In this document: positions 49,083-62,840 of the stretch, one piece after another
Layout of the letters: each line of letters begins with the position of its first letter
How positions within the stretch are numbered: position 1 is the first letter of the stretch
NCBI RefSeq assembly: GCF_026210795.1
Contig: NC_089429.1
Location: forward strand, 4,712,001-4,776,000
Source of the DNA: Rhizophagus irregularis
Lineage: Eukaryota
Direction of reading: 5' to 3'
DNA: 64,000 nt
The notes under the pieces: generated by a model
Told to the model about the DNA's origin: nothing
Database searches by the model: none
The model's input: the letters and a program-made list of their open reading frames with translations, nothing else
Position numbers and translations under genes: made by a program

Positions 49083-50489
49083 ATGGCAAGAGGATATTCA
49101 TTAAGTCAAGATTTAAAATTGTTAGTAAATAATCCAAAGTATAGTGATATAGAAATATTATGTAAGGATGAAAAAAAATTATATGGTTGTAGAGCAATTT
49201 TAGCGGCAAGATCTGAAGTACTTGAAGGACTACTTTATAATGGGATGAAAGAGAGTTTTGAAGGAAAAATCTCTTTTCCTGCGATCGATTCTTCTGGAAT
49301 GAAAATTTTATTAGAATATATTTATGTTGGATCACTTAGAGAAGATTCTTTGACTAAAGAAAATATAGTTGAAGCTTATTATGCCGCAGATTATTTTCAA
49401 ATACAAAGTCTTCAAGAATTAATTATAAAAACCCTTAAAAATACGCTAGCAAGAAATTACGCAAAAAATTATTCGCCAGAATTATTATCTAAGGTTGCAG
49501 AAATCATGCCATTAACAGAAGATAATATTCTTCTTAATTTATTGGTTGAAGCAGTGGCAATTATGCCATTAAATAATATTGAATTTGATCGATTGTCTAT
49601 TGCAGGTCTTAAATATCTCTTGTCTATTACACATGAAAAAGAAAAGCTTTTCGCAACCTCGGAATATGAAGTTTTTCGGTATAGTGTAATTCTAGCAGCA
49701 AAACAAGTCTCTAATGATGCTTATAAAACATTTATAGAACGGCTACCAACTTTAGGACAAGTAGATAATCCAATCAAAGTAGAAAATAAATTTATTGCTG
49801 ATATACAAAAAATCGCCGAAGAATTGAAGACTTTGATTAAATTTATGGATTTCAGAAGGATTAAAGCGCAAATAATAGCTAATATTATTGAACCATTAGA
49901 AATTATTCCAGCCGAAATTATTCTCAGTGTTTATCGGAATATAGCTTTATTAAATAATTCACATTTAAGCAATACTCGTGGAATATCAATTAATGAATCA
50001 GATTATGTATGGGACAAATCAGCATCTGGATCAAAACTTATTATTGAGGATAATGGAATAATTGTACGATCTTTAATTAATAAAGGTCTACATCATAGTG
50101 TTAGAGGTAAAAAGGTATTAGAAAATAATGGTATTTTTGAATGGGATGTTATTATTGAGAAAGATTGTAAAGGTGTATGGGTTGGAGTATGTTCATCAGT
50201 AAACTTTGATTATGAAAATCCTGCAGGAAGGCAATTTACCGGATGGGTATTGGGTTCTAATGGTTATTGTCGCAATTCTGGAATTAGTAGCCTAGAAAAT
50301 TATTGTCCCCCGTTTCACGAAGATGGTGCAAGAATTACAGTTCATTTAGATATGGATAAAAGAACTTGTTCTTTTACGGTCAATGATACAAAATATCGGG
50401 AAGTATCAGAATGGAACAATTTACCATCAAAGCTTCATCCAGTAGTATCATTGGGTTATCGTAGTCGTTGCCGAATTCAGCCTCATTAA
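49083..50489 (+). CDS. BTB/POZ + SPRY domain protein
   Basis: 468-aa intact paralogue. Confidence 0.93.
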   Translation: MARGYSLSQDLKLLVNNPKYSDIEILCKDEKKLYGCRAILAARSEVLEGLLYNGMKESFEGKISFPAIDSSGMKILLEYIYVGSLREDSLTKENIVEAYYAADYFQIQSLQELIIKTLKNTLARNYAKNYSPELLSKVAEIMPLTEDNILLNLLVEAVAIMPLNNIEFDRLSIAGLKYLLSITHEKEKLFATSEYEVFRYSVILAAKQVSNDAYKTFIERLPTLGQVDNPIKVENKFIADIQKIAEELKTLIKFMDFRRIKAQIIANIIEPLEIIPAEIILSVYRNIALLNNSHLSNTRGISINESDYVWDKSASGSKLIIEDNGIIVRSLINKGLHHSVRGKKVLENNGIFEWDVIIEKDCKGVWVGVCSSVNFDYENPAGRQFTGWVLGSNGYCRNSGISSLENYCPPFHEDGARITVHLDMDKRTCSFTVNDTKYREVSEWNNLPSKLHPVVSLGYRSRCRIQPH

Positions 50490-52246
50490 AAAAATTAGAA
50501 TGTTTAGCATAAATTTTATAGCACATGTGAGTGACAGAAGCTGGACATGAATTAACTATACAAGTTACAATTTTTGTAAGTTTTTGTTTAATATAATATT
50601 TATTTAGGACATGTTTTGAAAGTTGGTAAGTTTAACTCCATAGGATTTAGTTTCAATTTTGTAAATTTTGTGATTATTTAACATGTCCAACTTCACCTAC
50701 TACCATGGATGTTTGACTTTATTTATATGTAAATTTAATTTTAATAATTAAAATATTTCTATATTCTCGTAAATCAAATTTATATTATTAATACTACGTG
50801 ACATAGAAGAATTGTATCGAACTACATTTTCTATTAAGTAACCCCAGTTTTTGTTAAAGATAAAAGAAACTGTTTAATAAATATGATAAATGTATCGAAA
50901 TATATAGACTTAATTATCTGATAAATCATGCATAACAAATAATTTTATTTTAAAAAAGAAAAAATCGACATCAGATGGTGACAAGAATCTAATTACAGCT
51001 TACAATTGTTATAATCAAGGTCTAAATTATGCTGTATATGTGATATAGAAAATTAATAGAGAGCGGATCTTATCCAGTCGAAAAAGTTAAATTATGAGGT
51101 GAATTCAAATTTATACTTACCGTCAGAATTAATTACGGTATATGAAGCTTATACCGTGATATATTAAATCGCCGTAATAGCGTAATTATTTAATGCCATA
51201 TATACAATAATTACACAAAGAAAGTAATATTTTTTTTGATTATGCCATAGATAATTTGTAATATAATGCTGATCTTGATGATTTGTTAAATGTTTAAATG
51301 GTAAAATTCATATTTCGTAATGCCGTAATTTCAATTCGGCAATTCCGACGGCATCTATAGTTGAATTTTAATGACCTATTCTCCAGCAAATAATTGTGAA
51401 GATATAAATGTGTGATATACACTATAATAAACAATTTAAAAAGATTCTGAATAAAGATGTCCATTAGAACAAGATTTTAAATTACTAATAAACATAGCGA
51501 TGTAGAATTTTATGTGAATACGAAAGTAAATTTGAGTCATAGAATAATATTAGCAAAAGTATTTAGTTGACTAGTACTCTGTAATTAAATGAAAGAAAGT
51601 TATTAAATCAAAATCAAATGGATAGTTACAAACGCGCTAGAAAGAATTACACAAATATTACCTTATCAGAATTATATTATGCTCATAATTCAGTATGGTA
51701 TGAACAGAAATTTTTAGTTATGATAATTTGATATTGAAATCTTTATTTCAACTCCGTGATATAAATTTCTTAAAAAAGGATGATAATTCTTTATTCGCTA
51801 AAGCATGAAATTTAATATTTTACTATTATAACTTATTTACATAAAAAAAGTTCATTCCCCGTAACTTTTATATGTATTTAGTATTTAAAGGCTTATATTT
51901 TTTTAATTATAATAGAAAAATGAATTGTAATTTCACACTTTTAATGGATATAAAAGTGATTTTTCTTTGGGTTTACAGTAGTTCCATGATTAAACTTATT
52001 GGAGCCTTATTTAAATTGTTAAATAAACTAACGCAAAAAAATTTTGTTCGTTCGTTGTTGTTTTAGCTATGAAATTTATCTTGAAGTTTATCATTGTAAA
52101 GGCGCAGCTTAAAATTTCAATGATGTAATGATGTACAGAAATATATTTTTTAAGTTTAGTGATTTAGTGCAACATAGTACAGATATAAATATTTGGAAAA
52201 ACAGAATACTCTTTTTTTTTGAAATTTTTTTTTTTTTTCTAAAAAA

Positions 52247-53653
52247 ATGGTAAGAGGATATTCATTAAGTCAAGATTTAAAATTGCTAGTAAATAATCCA
52301 AAGTATAGTGATATAGAAATATTATGTAAGGATGAAACAAAATTATATGGTTGTAGAGCAATTTTAGCATCAAGGTCTGAAGTACTTGAAGGACTACTTT
52401 ATAATGGGATGAAGGAGAGTTTCGAAAGACAAATTTCTTTTCCAACGATCAATTCTTCTGGAATGATAATTATATTAGAATATATTTATGTTGGGTCAAT
52501 TAAAATAAATTCTTTGACTAAAGATAATATAATTGAAGCTTATTATGCTGCAGATTATTTTCAATTATTGGACCTACAGGAATTTATAATGAAAACCATT
52601 AAAAATTTTTTTAAAAATAATTTCACGAAAAATTATTCACCAGAATTATTATCTAAAGTTGTAGAAATTATGCCTTTATCAGAGGATAATACTCTTCTTA
52701 ACTTATTAATCAAAGAAATAGCAACTATTTTATTATCTGATATTGAAATTGGTCGATTATCTATTACAGCTCTTCAATATCTTTTATTTTATACAAATGA
52801 AAAAGATATACCTTTTGCAACACCAGAGTATGAAGTTTTTCGATATAGTGCTATTTTTGCAGCTAAAAATGTTTCTGATGTAACATATAAAACTCTAATG
52901 GAAAAATTACCAACTTTAGAGCAAATTGATAACTTGATTCAAATAGAAAATAAACTTATTACAGATCATCAAAAAGTTGCTAAAGAATTGGAATCTTTGA
53001 TCGAATATATTGATTTCAGACGAATCAAAAGAAGTCAATTTGATTTCATTGAACCGTTAAAAATTATTCCAGCTGAAATAATTCAACACAATTCAGAATT
53101 AATTAATTCAGATTTAGATAATATTCGAGGAATACCAATTTATAGAATTAAAGAATCTGAACTTTTTTGGGATAAGTCAGCATGTGGATCAGGTCTTATT
53201 ATCGAGAATAATGGAAAAGTTGTACAAGCGTCTCGCTTTATTAACCACCAAAGTGTGAGAGGTACAATAGCATTTGAAAATAAGGGCATTTTTGAATGGG
53301 ATATTATTATTGAGAAGAATTGTTCATGGTCTTGGGTTGGAGTATGTGCAACTGATGACTTTTATTACGAATCCTTTGCAGGATCTCAAGCTACTGGTTG
53401 GGTATTGGGTTCCGGTGGTAATTGTAGTTCAGTTAGTGGATTTTATTATTGTCCGTCATTTCACGAAGATGGTGCAAAAATTACTGTTCATTTAGATATG
53501 AATGAAAGAACTTGCGCTTTTACAGTCAATGGTACAAAGTATCTTGAAGTATTAGAATGGAATAATTTACCATCAAAACTTTATCCGGTAGTATCATTAT
53601 GTTATCCTGGTCGTTTTCGAATTCAATCTCATCAAAAAAATGAAAATATTTAA
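52247..53653 (+). CDS. BTB/POZ + SPRY domain protein
   Basis: 468-aa intact paralogue. Confidence 0.93.
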   Translation: MVRGYSLSQDLKLLVNNPKYSDIEILCKDETKLYGCRAILASRSEVLEGLLYNGMKESFERQISFPTINSSGMIIILEYIYVGSIKINSLTKDNIIEAYYAADYFQLLDLQEFIMKTIKNFFKNNFTKNYSPELLSKVVEIMPLSEDNTLLNLLIKEIATILLSDIEIGRLSITALQYLLFYTNEKDIPFATPEYEVFRYSAIFAAKNVSDVTYKTLMEKLPTLEQIDNLIQIENKLITDHQKVAKELESLIEYIDFRRIKRSQFDFIEPLKIIPAEIIQHNSELINSDLDNIRGIPIYRIKESELFWDKSACGSGLIIENNGKVVQASRFINHQSVRGTIAFENKGIFEWDIIIEKNCSWSWVGVCATDDFYYESFAGSQATGWVLGSGGNCSSVSGFYYCPSFHEDGAKITVHLDMNERTCAFTVNGTKYLEVLEWNNLPSKLYPVVSLCYPGRFRIQSHQKNENI

Positions 53654-55364
53654 TACGAATTTTATGTTATTTATTATTTGTATTTATATACTAGTTAAAG
53701 AATGGTACCAGTAACGAAATTCGAGTTATGTCAATTTTTATGAATTATGTGATAATATGTGGTGTGGTGATCTATGTCCAACTAACCATCACCATATAGA
53801 ATGTCTGATAACTTCCAAAGTTTTGAATAGTAACTATAAGCAATAATTCCTTTTAACTACTGTATATATCTAAATATTAAATATATATATATTTTTAAAC
53901 CATAAGATTTCCTGATCTAATTTAGAAAATGAAAGTTACTAATGCCACTTAACCAGATCTGTTAGTTGTTGAAAAGTATGTGTTCTAATTGTACAAATAC
54001 ATCCATGTACGATTAAAATTTTATTTGTGATTTTTATACTGTTGTACGTTGAGCAATTCTGACGTTGATAAAATTTGGTCAATACTGTACGTATATCCTA
54101 AAGATAAGAAATTCTTCAATCAATTAATATAAACTAAATGTTAAAATTTTTATAATCATTCAAAGTTACGTACTAATCCATGTTTTCTTGATAATATCTC
54201 CTGATTCTGATCTTTTAATCGCACAAATCAATAATCACCAGATTGTATACAAAAAATAAAATTATTATTAATATTTTTATTTTTTCTGGAATCTTCTTGT
54301 TTTAATCTTTACATGATATTTCTTATCGGTTTGTTTTAACATATATATAAAGATATTGATTTTAGATCTATTGATAAGATATAATATATAAAAAAAAATT
54401 ATTTAAATTACAAACTAAGAAACCACGTAAATATTTTACTATTCTTAACCTTAGTGTTTAAATAATTTACTTATAAATATAATTTAAAAAAGAATACATA
54501 TAAATAATACGAATTAATAATTAAGGTTATTTAAACAATATTAAGAAAAATATTAAAGAAAACTAACCATAAGGAATCACCAATTCTTCCTGGTCTTCTG
54601 AATGAAGGTTTTGGGTTATTATATATTTCGTCATCATCCATAAGAGGACAAAAATATTTAGTTTAAAAATTGCAAAATTAAAAATTTATGGCAAATATTT
54701 TACTCAACATTAACTGATTCTTTCGTTTGTCGCATTATTTCTTTTTTATGATCATTTTGACTGTCAATACTTTTAAATAATTAATAAATAAATATCATTT
54801 GAAGAACAATTAGTTAATGTTTAGAATCATATTACTTAACGGTTTAAATACCTTAGATAATCGCATCATACCCAAATCAAAAAATGTGTTAGAAGACTCC
54901 AAAACGGGTTTTGCTCGTTATACCCGTTTATCTTTTTGTTAGATATGACCCTGGTATTACCCGGATAAAAACCTCAAACCAAGATATTTATCAAATATAA
55001 GAAGTTTTTTAGAAGTATTGCTAAACTCACCAGTAGTGACCATCAACACCACCTATTTCTGGCCAAAAATTATATTTTAGCCAGAATTAATAAAGAATCT
55101 CTTTAGGTCATAAATTATTCCGTCGTGGCGACTAGTAACGATCACCAAGTGACATTCATAATATATAAACATTAATTCTGGCCGGCATTAAAATTCTGGC
55201 CAGAGTTAACATCTTAATTCTGGCAAAATTTATGGAGCATATCCGAGGGTATTTATGTGTCAACATAAAACGGATACAAAACGAGTATTACCCCTTTTTA
55301 CCCGTTTGTCCAGTATACCCGGATTGTATCCGGTTAAGGCCGCTCTATTTTATATACTTTTTAC

Positions 55365-55510
55365 GGGGAGATAATGTGATTGTTATTCTCGGCACAGGAA
55401 AAATTAAACATCTGGAAGAAAATGTTGAGGCAGTAAAAGTTAATCTTAGTTATGAAGAATTCTGAAATTAGACAATTACTAATTCAATTGAAATTGTTAG
55501 TAATAGATAT
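55365..55510 (+). pseudogene. Aldo-keto reductase C-terminal fragment
   Basis: GDNVIVILGTGKIKHLEENVEAVKVNLSYEE...NSIEIVSNRY matches the AKR IPGT...LEEN motif. Frameshifted; 5' part absent. Confidence 0.7.
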
Positions 55511-56722
55511 AAATTTAGTATCGCTCTTACACTTACTAATATGATTTAAAAAAAAATTTTCGTTTAAAGGGAATGACGGATTATTTTTGGCTCACTTTTC
55601 GTTTAAAGATAATAATAGGTTATGTTACAAAATAATATATTATGATAATAATTAATCAGCAAAAGCCTTTTGTCTTAATAAAGATATAAATATGATGAAT
55701 TGAATTGAATCCAACTTTCATTACTAAATTAAATAAACAAATAGTATTACTAGAATATTGTAAGTTGTTAAAAATTCATCAATGATTAAATAATTTTTAC
55801 CTACTATACAACCTATCATATTGATCCTTCAATAATGTGATTGTTATTTGTTAATAATAATATCTATTGTTTTATATTTGCTCGGTATTTTACTCATGAA
55901 CTATCAGGATATTCTTCAAGAATTTTACGAAAATGGGGATTTTTCTTGCATTAAAAAGTAAATAGAAAGTGAGTATCGGAAAATTAGAGTTTGAAATAAG
56001 GATCATTTTATAGAGTCGCTCATCGAATAGATATGGCCATCATTAATGTCATCCAGATATACCCATGTATTATTGTCTTATACTATTAAATATTTGTCTC
56101 CAACTATAATAATTTTTTTTTCCTACAATAAAAAATTATTAAAAATAATCTCTGAATTCTTTTTTAAAAAAAAGTTTCATTGAGTAAAGAAAATTAGTTG
56201 AATTTTAATTTTTACAAGTTCATTATGTCATGAAAAAGGCAATAAATTTTGCCTAAAAAATATGTTATTGTATTATAATTTCGAAATATTTATATGCAAA
56301 TAAAACTTTATAATCAAAATTGAATTTTTGATTTTCGCTTTTTCATTCGAATCTTCAAATTGGCTCATTTAAACAATAATTTTCAATAAAAGACCAATCA
56401 TCATTACAAGTACGGCAATCGAAATTTTATTTTACTATGAATTTAAAGGTGTTTCCATTTTTTTGAGTTCTATGATGATTGTTAAAATTGGTTTCTTTCC
56501 AAAACATCTTCAAAATTAAATTTGCGGAAAATAACTTTAACGTCATTTGTACCTTTGTAGTTTTTACATCATTTTTTTTTGTCTATATTGTGTGATCAGA
56601 TGATCATCATTTGTTTACAATGTAGAAATTTTGGTGGTTGCACAACTTATTTGTTTAACCGTCTATGGAGAATTTTTTTTTTTTTTTTTTGCATTAAAAA
56701 TAATTTGTTTTTTTTTGCAAAA

Positions 56723-58981
56723 ATGTCTAATATTCGGAAAAAATTAATACAAGCAGTACTTAGTAGAGCATTTACATTAATTGAATATAATATTTACGTT
56801 AACTTTCATGAACAAACCGAATTTTATAAAAAATTCGTTCTTGCTGATAATTCTCTTACAGAAGAAGAAAAAACTGAAGCAATAAGAATAATTAATAAAG
56901 ATCATGACCGAAATAAAATTAAAAATAATAATGGAACAAGAAGGGTTTGTGAAAATTGTAACCAAAAGTGTTTAGCTACATTATATTGTGAATATTGTGT
57001 TCGAAATTATTTAAAATATAATTTTTCAAATTGGACTTCTGGAAATAATGTTATTGATAATTTAATAAAAAATTGTCAAATGGAAACACTTGTGCCAAAT
57101 ATTATTATTGAATGGATTCCATATAATAATTTAGAAAATATTAAATATCTGACAAAAGGTGGATTCTCAGAGATTTATACAGCTAAGTGGATTGATGGAA
57201 GATATAAAGAATGGAATTCTAAGGAAAAGCAATTAAAAAGATCTAAAACTTTTACAGTAATACTTAAAGAATTAAAAAATGTTGAAAATGCAAGTCAAAG
57301 TTGGTTTGAAGAGGTTTGTAAGTTAAAAATATTTAAAGAACTTAAAATTTAAAATTTAATTATTAATAATAAAATTTATTATTTTAAAGGCTAAATCACA
57401 TTTAACTTTAAGCAACAAACTTACATCTATTGTTCAATGTTTTGGTTTAACACAAAATCCATCAAATGGAAATTATTTACTTGTAATGAGGAAGTTTAAT
57501 ATGAATTTAAGAGAATATTTACAACAAAATCATAATCAACTTACATGGAATGAGAGAATTAAAATTACTTTTTTAATTATTAATAAACTTTATTATATTC
57601 ATAAAGAGAATTCAATTCATAGAGATTTGCATTCTGGAAATATATTATATTCAGAGTTTAATGATGGTTGGCGGATTAGTGATCTTGGATTTTGTGGTCC
57701 TGCAGACAAACCATCAACAAGTATATATGGAAATCTTCCCTATATTGCCCCTGAAGTTATTAACGGAAAAGGTTATACTTTTAGATCTGATATTTATAGT
57801 ATTGCAATGCTCATGTGGGAAATTTCATTTGGACAACCTCCATTTATGAATTATGAACATGATTATATTCTTGCAATTAATATCATTGATGGTATAAGAC
57901 CAAAAATTGTATCAGAAATTCCTTTGAAATATAAAAGTTTAATGGAGCAATGTTGGGATGCTAACCCACTAAAAAGACCTGATGCTAAGACACTTAATAA
58001 AAAAATTAATGAAATTAAATCATATTATCAAAATAATTCAAATGAATTACCTCAATTAATAACAAAGTTAGATAAAAAAACAAGCAATATTTTAAGTAGT
58101 AAACCATTTACAAGTAAGGTTCATAAATTTGAAAATCTACCTGAACCAAAAAATGCAACAGAAGGTATGCTTTTTTAATGTTTATTAACTATTTAATTTT
58201 TTTTTCTTTAATATTATAATTAATGATACACTTTTTTTTGATTAAATAATAATAGAAGAACAAAAAGGTAATATAGTAAATTTAATAATGTTATTGTAAA
58301 AATTCTTTAATTAATAAATAAATTGAGATAACCTTTTTTTTCAATAGCATTTTATATCAGTAGATCATATGATTTTAGTCTTTCTGATAATAGTAAGTAT
58401 CTATTAATTTTTATATAAGTAAAATATCATATTGATTGATTTTCATTATAGCTAGTAATCCTAGTAAATCAAGTAGAATTAATTTTAAAGGTACTAATTT
58501 ATTTTTATATTAAAGTTTTATAATAAATAAATACTAATTTATATCTTAATTACTATAGATAATGATAGTAAAGAATCATCCAGATTATTTAAAAAATTGA
58601 AAATGGAGAATGGTAAAAGCCTTAAATATTTAATTCTAATTTTCATTGAAGATAAGAATGAATATTTTATTAAATTTTGATTTATTTTATAATAGTAGAA
58701 GAACAAAATGATTATGAGAGAGAAACAATGCAACAACGATCAAATATTAGTATTAATGGTAAGTAAAATAAATTATTATTTATAATAATGATCGAGTATT
58801 ATTATTCTAATTTATATTATTTATATAATAGATGAAGTACAAGATAATCCAAATCTTCATTCAGAAGAAAAAGATAAAACTCCCAATGGTTTGTTTATAA
58901 TTTAAATATTTTTTTAATAAAATTTTAAAAAATAAAATATATTTATTTACTAATGTAATTATTTCTTTAGACGGATTTTAA
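56723..58981 (+). CDS. Tyrosine-kinase-like protein kinase (Glomeromycotina expanded type), multi-exon
   Basis: N-terminal CENC...CEYC; TKGGFSEIY, VILK, intron 57314-57389, HRDLHSGN, SDLG, GNLPYIAPE, SDIYS, CWDANPLKRP. Several 3' micro-exons whose boundaries and stop are approximate. Confidence 0.88.
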
Positions 58982-59289
58982 ATTAAATTTTTAATTAATT
59001 TGAAAACAAATTCATTTTTAAAATTTATTATCTTATTTTGAAATTATTTAAACACTAAGATTAGAGTAGTAAAAAAAAGATTCTTAGTTTGTAATTTAAA
59101 TAATTCAATCCTCTATTTTTTTTTGTAGGACTTTTCAATTATTAAATAAAGATAATTTAAATTATTATAAAATATTATGTGTAAAAGTAATTCTGTAACA
59201 ACACATTAGTATTTTACAATAAAAAATAATTTACAGCAAATCATTTATTTGATTATTATTTTACGTTACGAAATGTAAAATATTCAAGT

Positions 59290-59815
59290 GCTAATATTAC
59301 AAGTAATAAAAAAATATTTATTGTACTCCAGAATATGACGTTTTTTGATATTGTGTTATCCTTGTAGCAAAACAAGTTTCTAATGATGCACATAATGCCC
59401 TTATGAACGGCTACAAACCTTAGAAAAAATAAAACCAATAGAAAATCCAACACACTGTATAAAATGAAAATAAATTTATTACCTATCACCATAAAGTTAG
59501 TTGCTAAAGAATTAGGGCCTTTAGTTAAATTTATTGATTTCCGAAGAATTGAGGGACAAGTTTTGACCGACATCATTGACATCATTGACCCATAATTTTA
59601 AATGTTTATCGGCAAAAAGTAAGGTCAAGTAATTCCAGCATAAATTATATTCGAGGATTATTGAAAAATTGTATACTATGCTCTAAATAACCTTAATTAT
59701 TATTTACTATGGCATAATGTTAGGACGAAAATGATACTAGAAGGTAAAAGCATTTTTGAATGGGATGTTATTATGCTTGGGTTGGAGTATGTTCATCAGA
59801 ATTTTAATTATGAAC
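59290..59815 (+). pseudogene. BTB-SPRY internal remnant
   Basis: PEYDVF*..VAKQVSNDA, VAKELGPLVKFIDFRRI, IFEWDVI..AWVGVC, with stops and deletions. Confidence 0.8.
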
Positions 59816-60319
59816 AGTCGGAACCTGCAATGACAGAAGCACATTGTCACTGCTCATCTTGAATTGGCTTATGCGTACAGAAATTGGGCAACAAGAAAAG
59901 GAGACCTATAAAAAATTTATTAGAAAATTGATCACATATCGAAAATTTTTAGTACTTTTACTCAATTTCAACAAGGTAGTCACGGAGAGCAACATATCGT
60001 AAATGTTGAAGATGAAAAATAATAAACATCACAAATTTATTAATAAAATGACATATAATTTTCATTAATATGTATTTTACACATGAATATTACTCTGAAT
60101 ACAATAAACTAACGTATAAATATTACATTTTTTTTAAGTATTAATGCTGATCTCTTACACAGTCTTTTAAATTCTCTAATTTCAACGGCATATATAACCA
60201 TTAACAATGTAGACATATGAAAATATACATCTATACATACAATAAAGTATCGCGTCCCGCGATATGACCTATCTAAAAAATAACTATATTATTCTATCCT
60301 AAAAAAATACTAGTAGCAG

Positions 60320-60800
60320 TGATGTCCTGGTCTGATTGAAATGGAAACAATAAGGGTAGACTACCAATGTTCCGTTTAATAATTTTTTTTTGGCTCAATT
60401 TCGAATATTACTAATCGACCCATTTCTTTTCTTCATTGCTATTTTAGGCAGGTTCGGACTTGAAGCTTCAGAACAGAAGGTACTGATCGAAATGGAACAA
60501 TATGGGTACTAGGTAACAAATGTTCCGTCTAATAATTAATTTTTTTTTCTCCATTTCGAATATTACTAATTGACCCATTTTTTTTTCTTCATTGCTATTT
60601 TAGGTTCGGACTTGAAGCTTCAGAATAGAAGGTACCGATCGAAATGGAATAATACGGGTAGGTGACAAATGTTCTGTTTATTCACTTTAATCAATTGATA
60701 CCCTCCTTTTCCTTATTCGCCATTTTAGGTTTGGATCTGAAGCTTTGGAACGGAAGATACCGATTGAACGGGAAGAATCTTATACTGCATTATTTTAGTA
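60320..60800 (+). repeat. Three to four tandem micro-exon/intron-like units
   Basis: Repeated TTTTAG|GTTCGGACTTGAAGCTTCAGAA...GAAATGGAA...GG|GTA, with TACTAAT branch-like sites. Confidence 0.75.
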
Positions 60801-61577
60801 AGTGACGTAATTATTATTTATTTATTGCTAAATAAGAACTTGGATCAGAATAACGAAATTATGGTTTATTGAATTAACTAATTTATTATTAATTACTAAT
60901 GAATTGTTTTACTAAATAAAAACTTGGATAGATATTTAGCTCTCGAAATGAATGGTTGTAATGGATCAAGCATTATGATAGTTCAGACAGACTATTATTG
61001 TTAACTAATAGCAATTTTATCCCGAATTTTACTCAGTTTTAGGTGGATTTTAGACGGATTTTACCGATTTTACCAGATTTTATTTAAATAACCAACATGA
61101 CTCTTTCCAATTTTTTCCGATTTTTTCATTATTTTTGTATCAATTTTATAATAAAATAAACTTATTATTGTTCAACAATTTTTTTTGTAATTTTTTTTTA
61201 GATTGCTGATGAAAAATCTATAAAACTTTGTTATATAATAATCATAAAAAAAACCTATTAGTAACTTAAAAAAATCTTAGACAGTCTGGCGGCGACGAAA
61301 TCTAATCTAGTTTCAATATTAAAAAAAGTAAAATATATAGTTTAACGGAATTTTTTTATAAATAGGAACATTATTTATCAAAATTTTTTAACTATTTTGT
61401 TGACTAATTATAGTGTAAGAAATTTCAATAAATTTGTTAGAAAATTTTCATCTCAAATAATATACAGAGAAATGAGGAAATCCAATTATTCTGCTAACAT
61501 AATATATATATTTTTTGGTTTACTGATTTTATGACTTTTTGTTTATAAAAAGAATTCAGCATGTACTAGCAAAATTA

Positions 61578-61960
61578 AAAATCTACTTGAACGAAAAAAT
61601 GCAACAGAAGGTATTATTTACTGTTTATTGATTAAGATATGATGGCGTTATTAATTTTTTTTTCAATTTAAATGATTATACTCGTTATCGAAGAACAAGT
61701 AGGTTAGCTTTTTTATTGTTATTTTATTAACTATTATAATAATTTATAATCTATTTTTCTTATTTTTTTAAAAAAACAGCATTTCGTAGTAAAACGTATG
61801 ATTTTAGTATTCCTGATATAAATAGTAGGTATTTATTGAAATTTTCATTTGATGAAATATTTATTAATCAAATTTTCGTTTTTTAGTTGAAGATTTTAAT
61901 AATGCAAACGATATTGGAAATATTATTTTAAATTATTTAAACACTAAGACTAGTGTAGTA
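61578..61960 (+). pseudogene. Remnant of the 3' micro-exon tail of a TKL kinase gene
   Basis: AATCTACTTGAACGAAAAAATGCAACAGAAGGTA parallels 58134-58166. The later piece TTATTTAAACACTAAGA parallels 59044-59059. Confidence 0.65.
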
Positions 61961-62840
61961 AAATATTTTACGCGTTTCTTAGTTTGATAATTTAAATACT
62001 TTTTTTTATATATTATATATTATCAATAAATTTAAAACCAAATAATTATTTAAATCAGTCATTTTTCCAAAGTTGTGATATGATGAGGCAACAGTTATCG
62101 AAAAATTAAGAATATTGGTATTGTTGATTGTTTTTGATTATAATTTTTAATGTTATAGCCAAATTTCATTTTTAAAAACAAAATTTTATTTATTTTAGTG
62201 ACGGAATTATTATTGACTTTATTATTATTGCAATTTAAAATGTACAAGAACGATTATCGCCTTTTGCAAATTTAATAGATGAACCAAAGATCGCATTGCT
62301 ATTTTTCTGACATTTTTTGAAGTATCGCATGATTTTTTTCTTGAACTATCATATAGAATTGGAAAAGATTCCCCTTTTTAGCGTACCTCAATCGAATAAG
62401 TAATGTGATCTAATTTTATAATGTGGCATAACAAATCTTAACATTTATCTCGTAAACATTTTACTAATAGTCGTGCATTTTTTTGCATGAAATTTCATAA
62501 AATTCTAGTTTTATAGAAAAAGAGAGGATATTAATTATTAAGGATATTAAGAATATCTAATAATATAATAAATGTATCAAAATTAAAAATAATGAGATTG
62601 ATACGCAATAAAATTAGCAACCATTTTGATTAATTGTGCAGGTGCAGTTAGAGATGTCACTTTCCTTCATAAGGATCTAAATCTAAATATGTGATATAAA
62701 CTATAACAAAAAAAGATATTCATCAGTGAAGATTTGGGATAACATTTTATGCGAATATAAAAATAACTTTGTGGCTGTAGACCCGTAAAACGTACCCATC
62801 ATTAAAAATCGCAGCTAAGCATTCATATGATATACATGTG

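Noticed and set aside
56579..56722. N-terminal extension of the kinase ORF in the track
   Set aside because: Runs through poly-T UTR-like sequence from a TTG; the ATG at 56723 in AAAAATG context is the likelier start.
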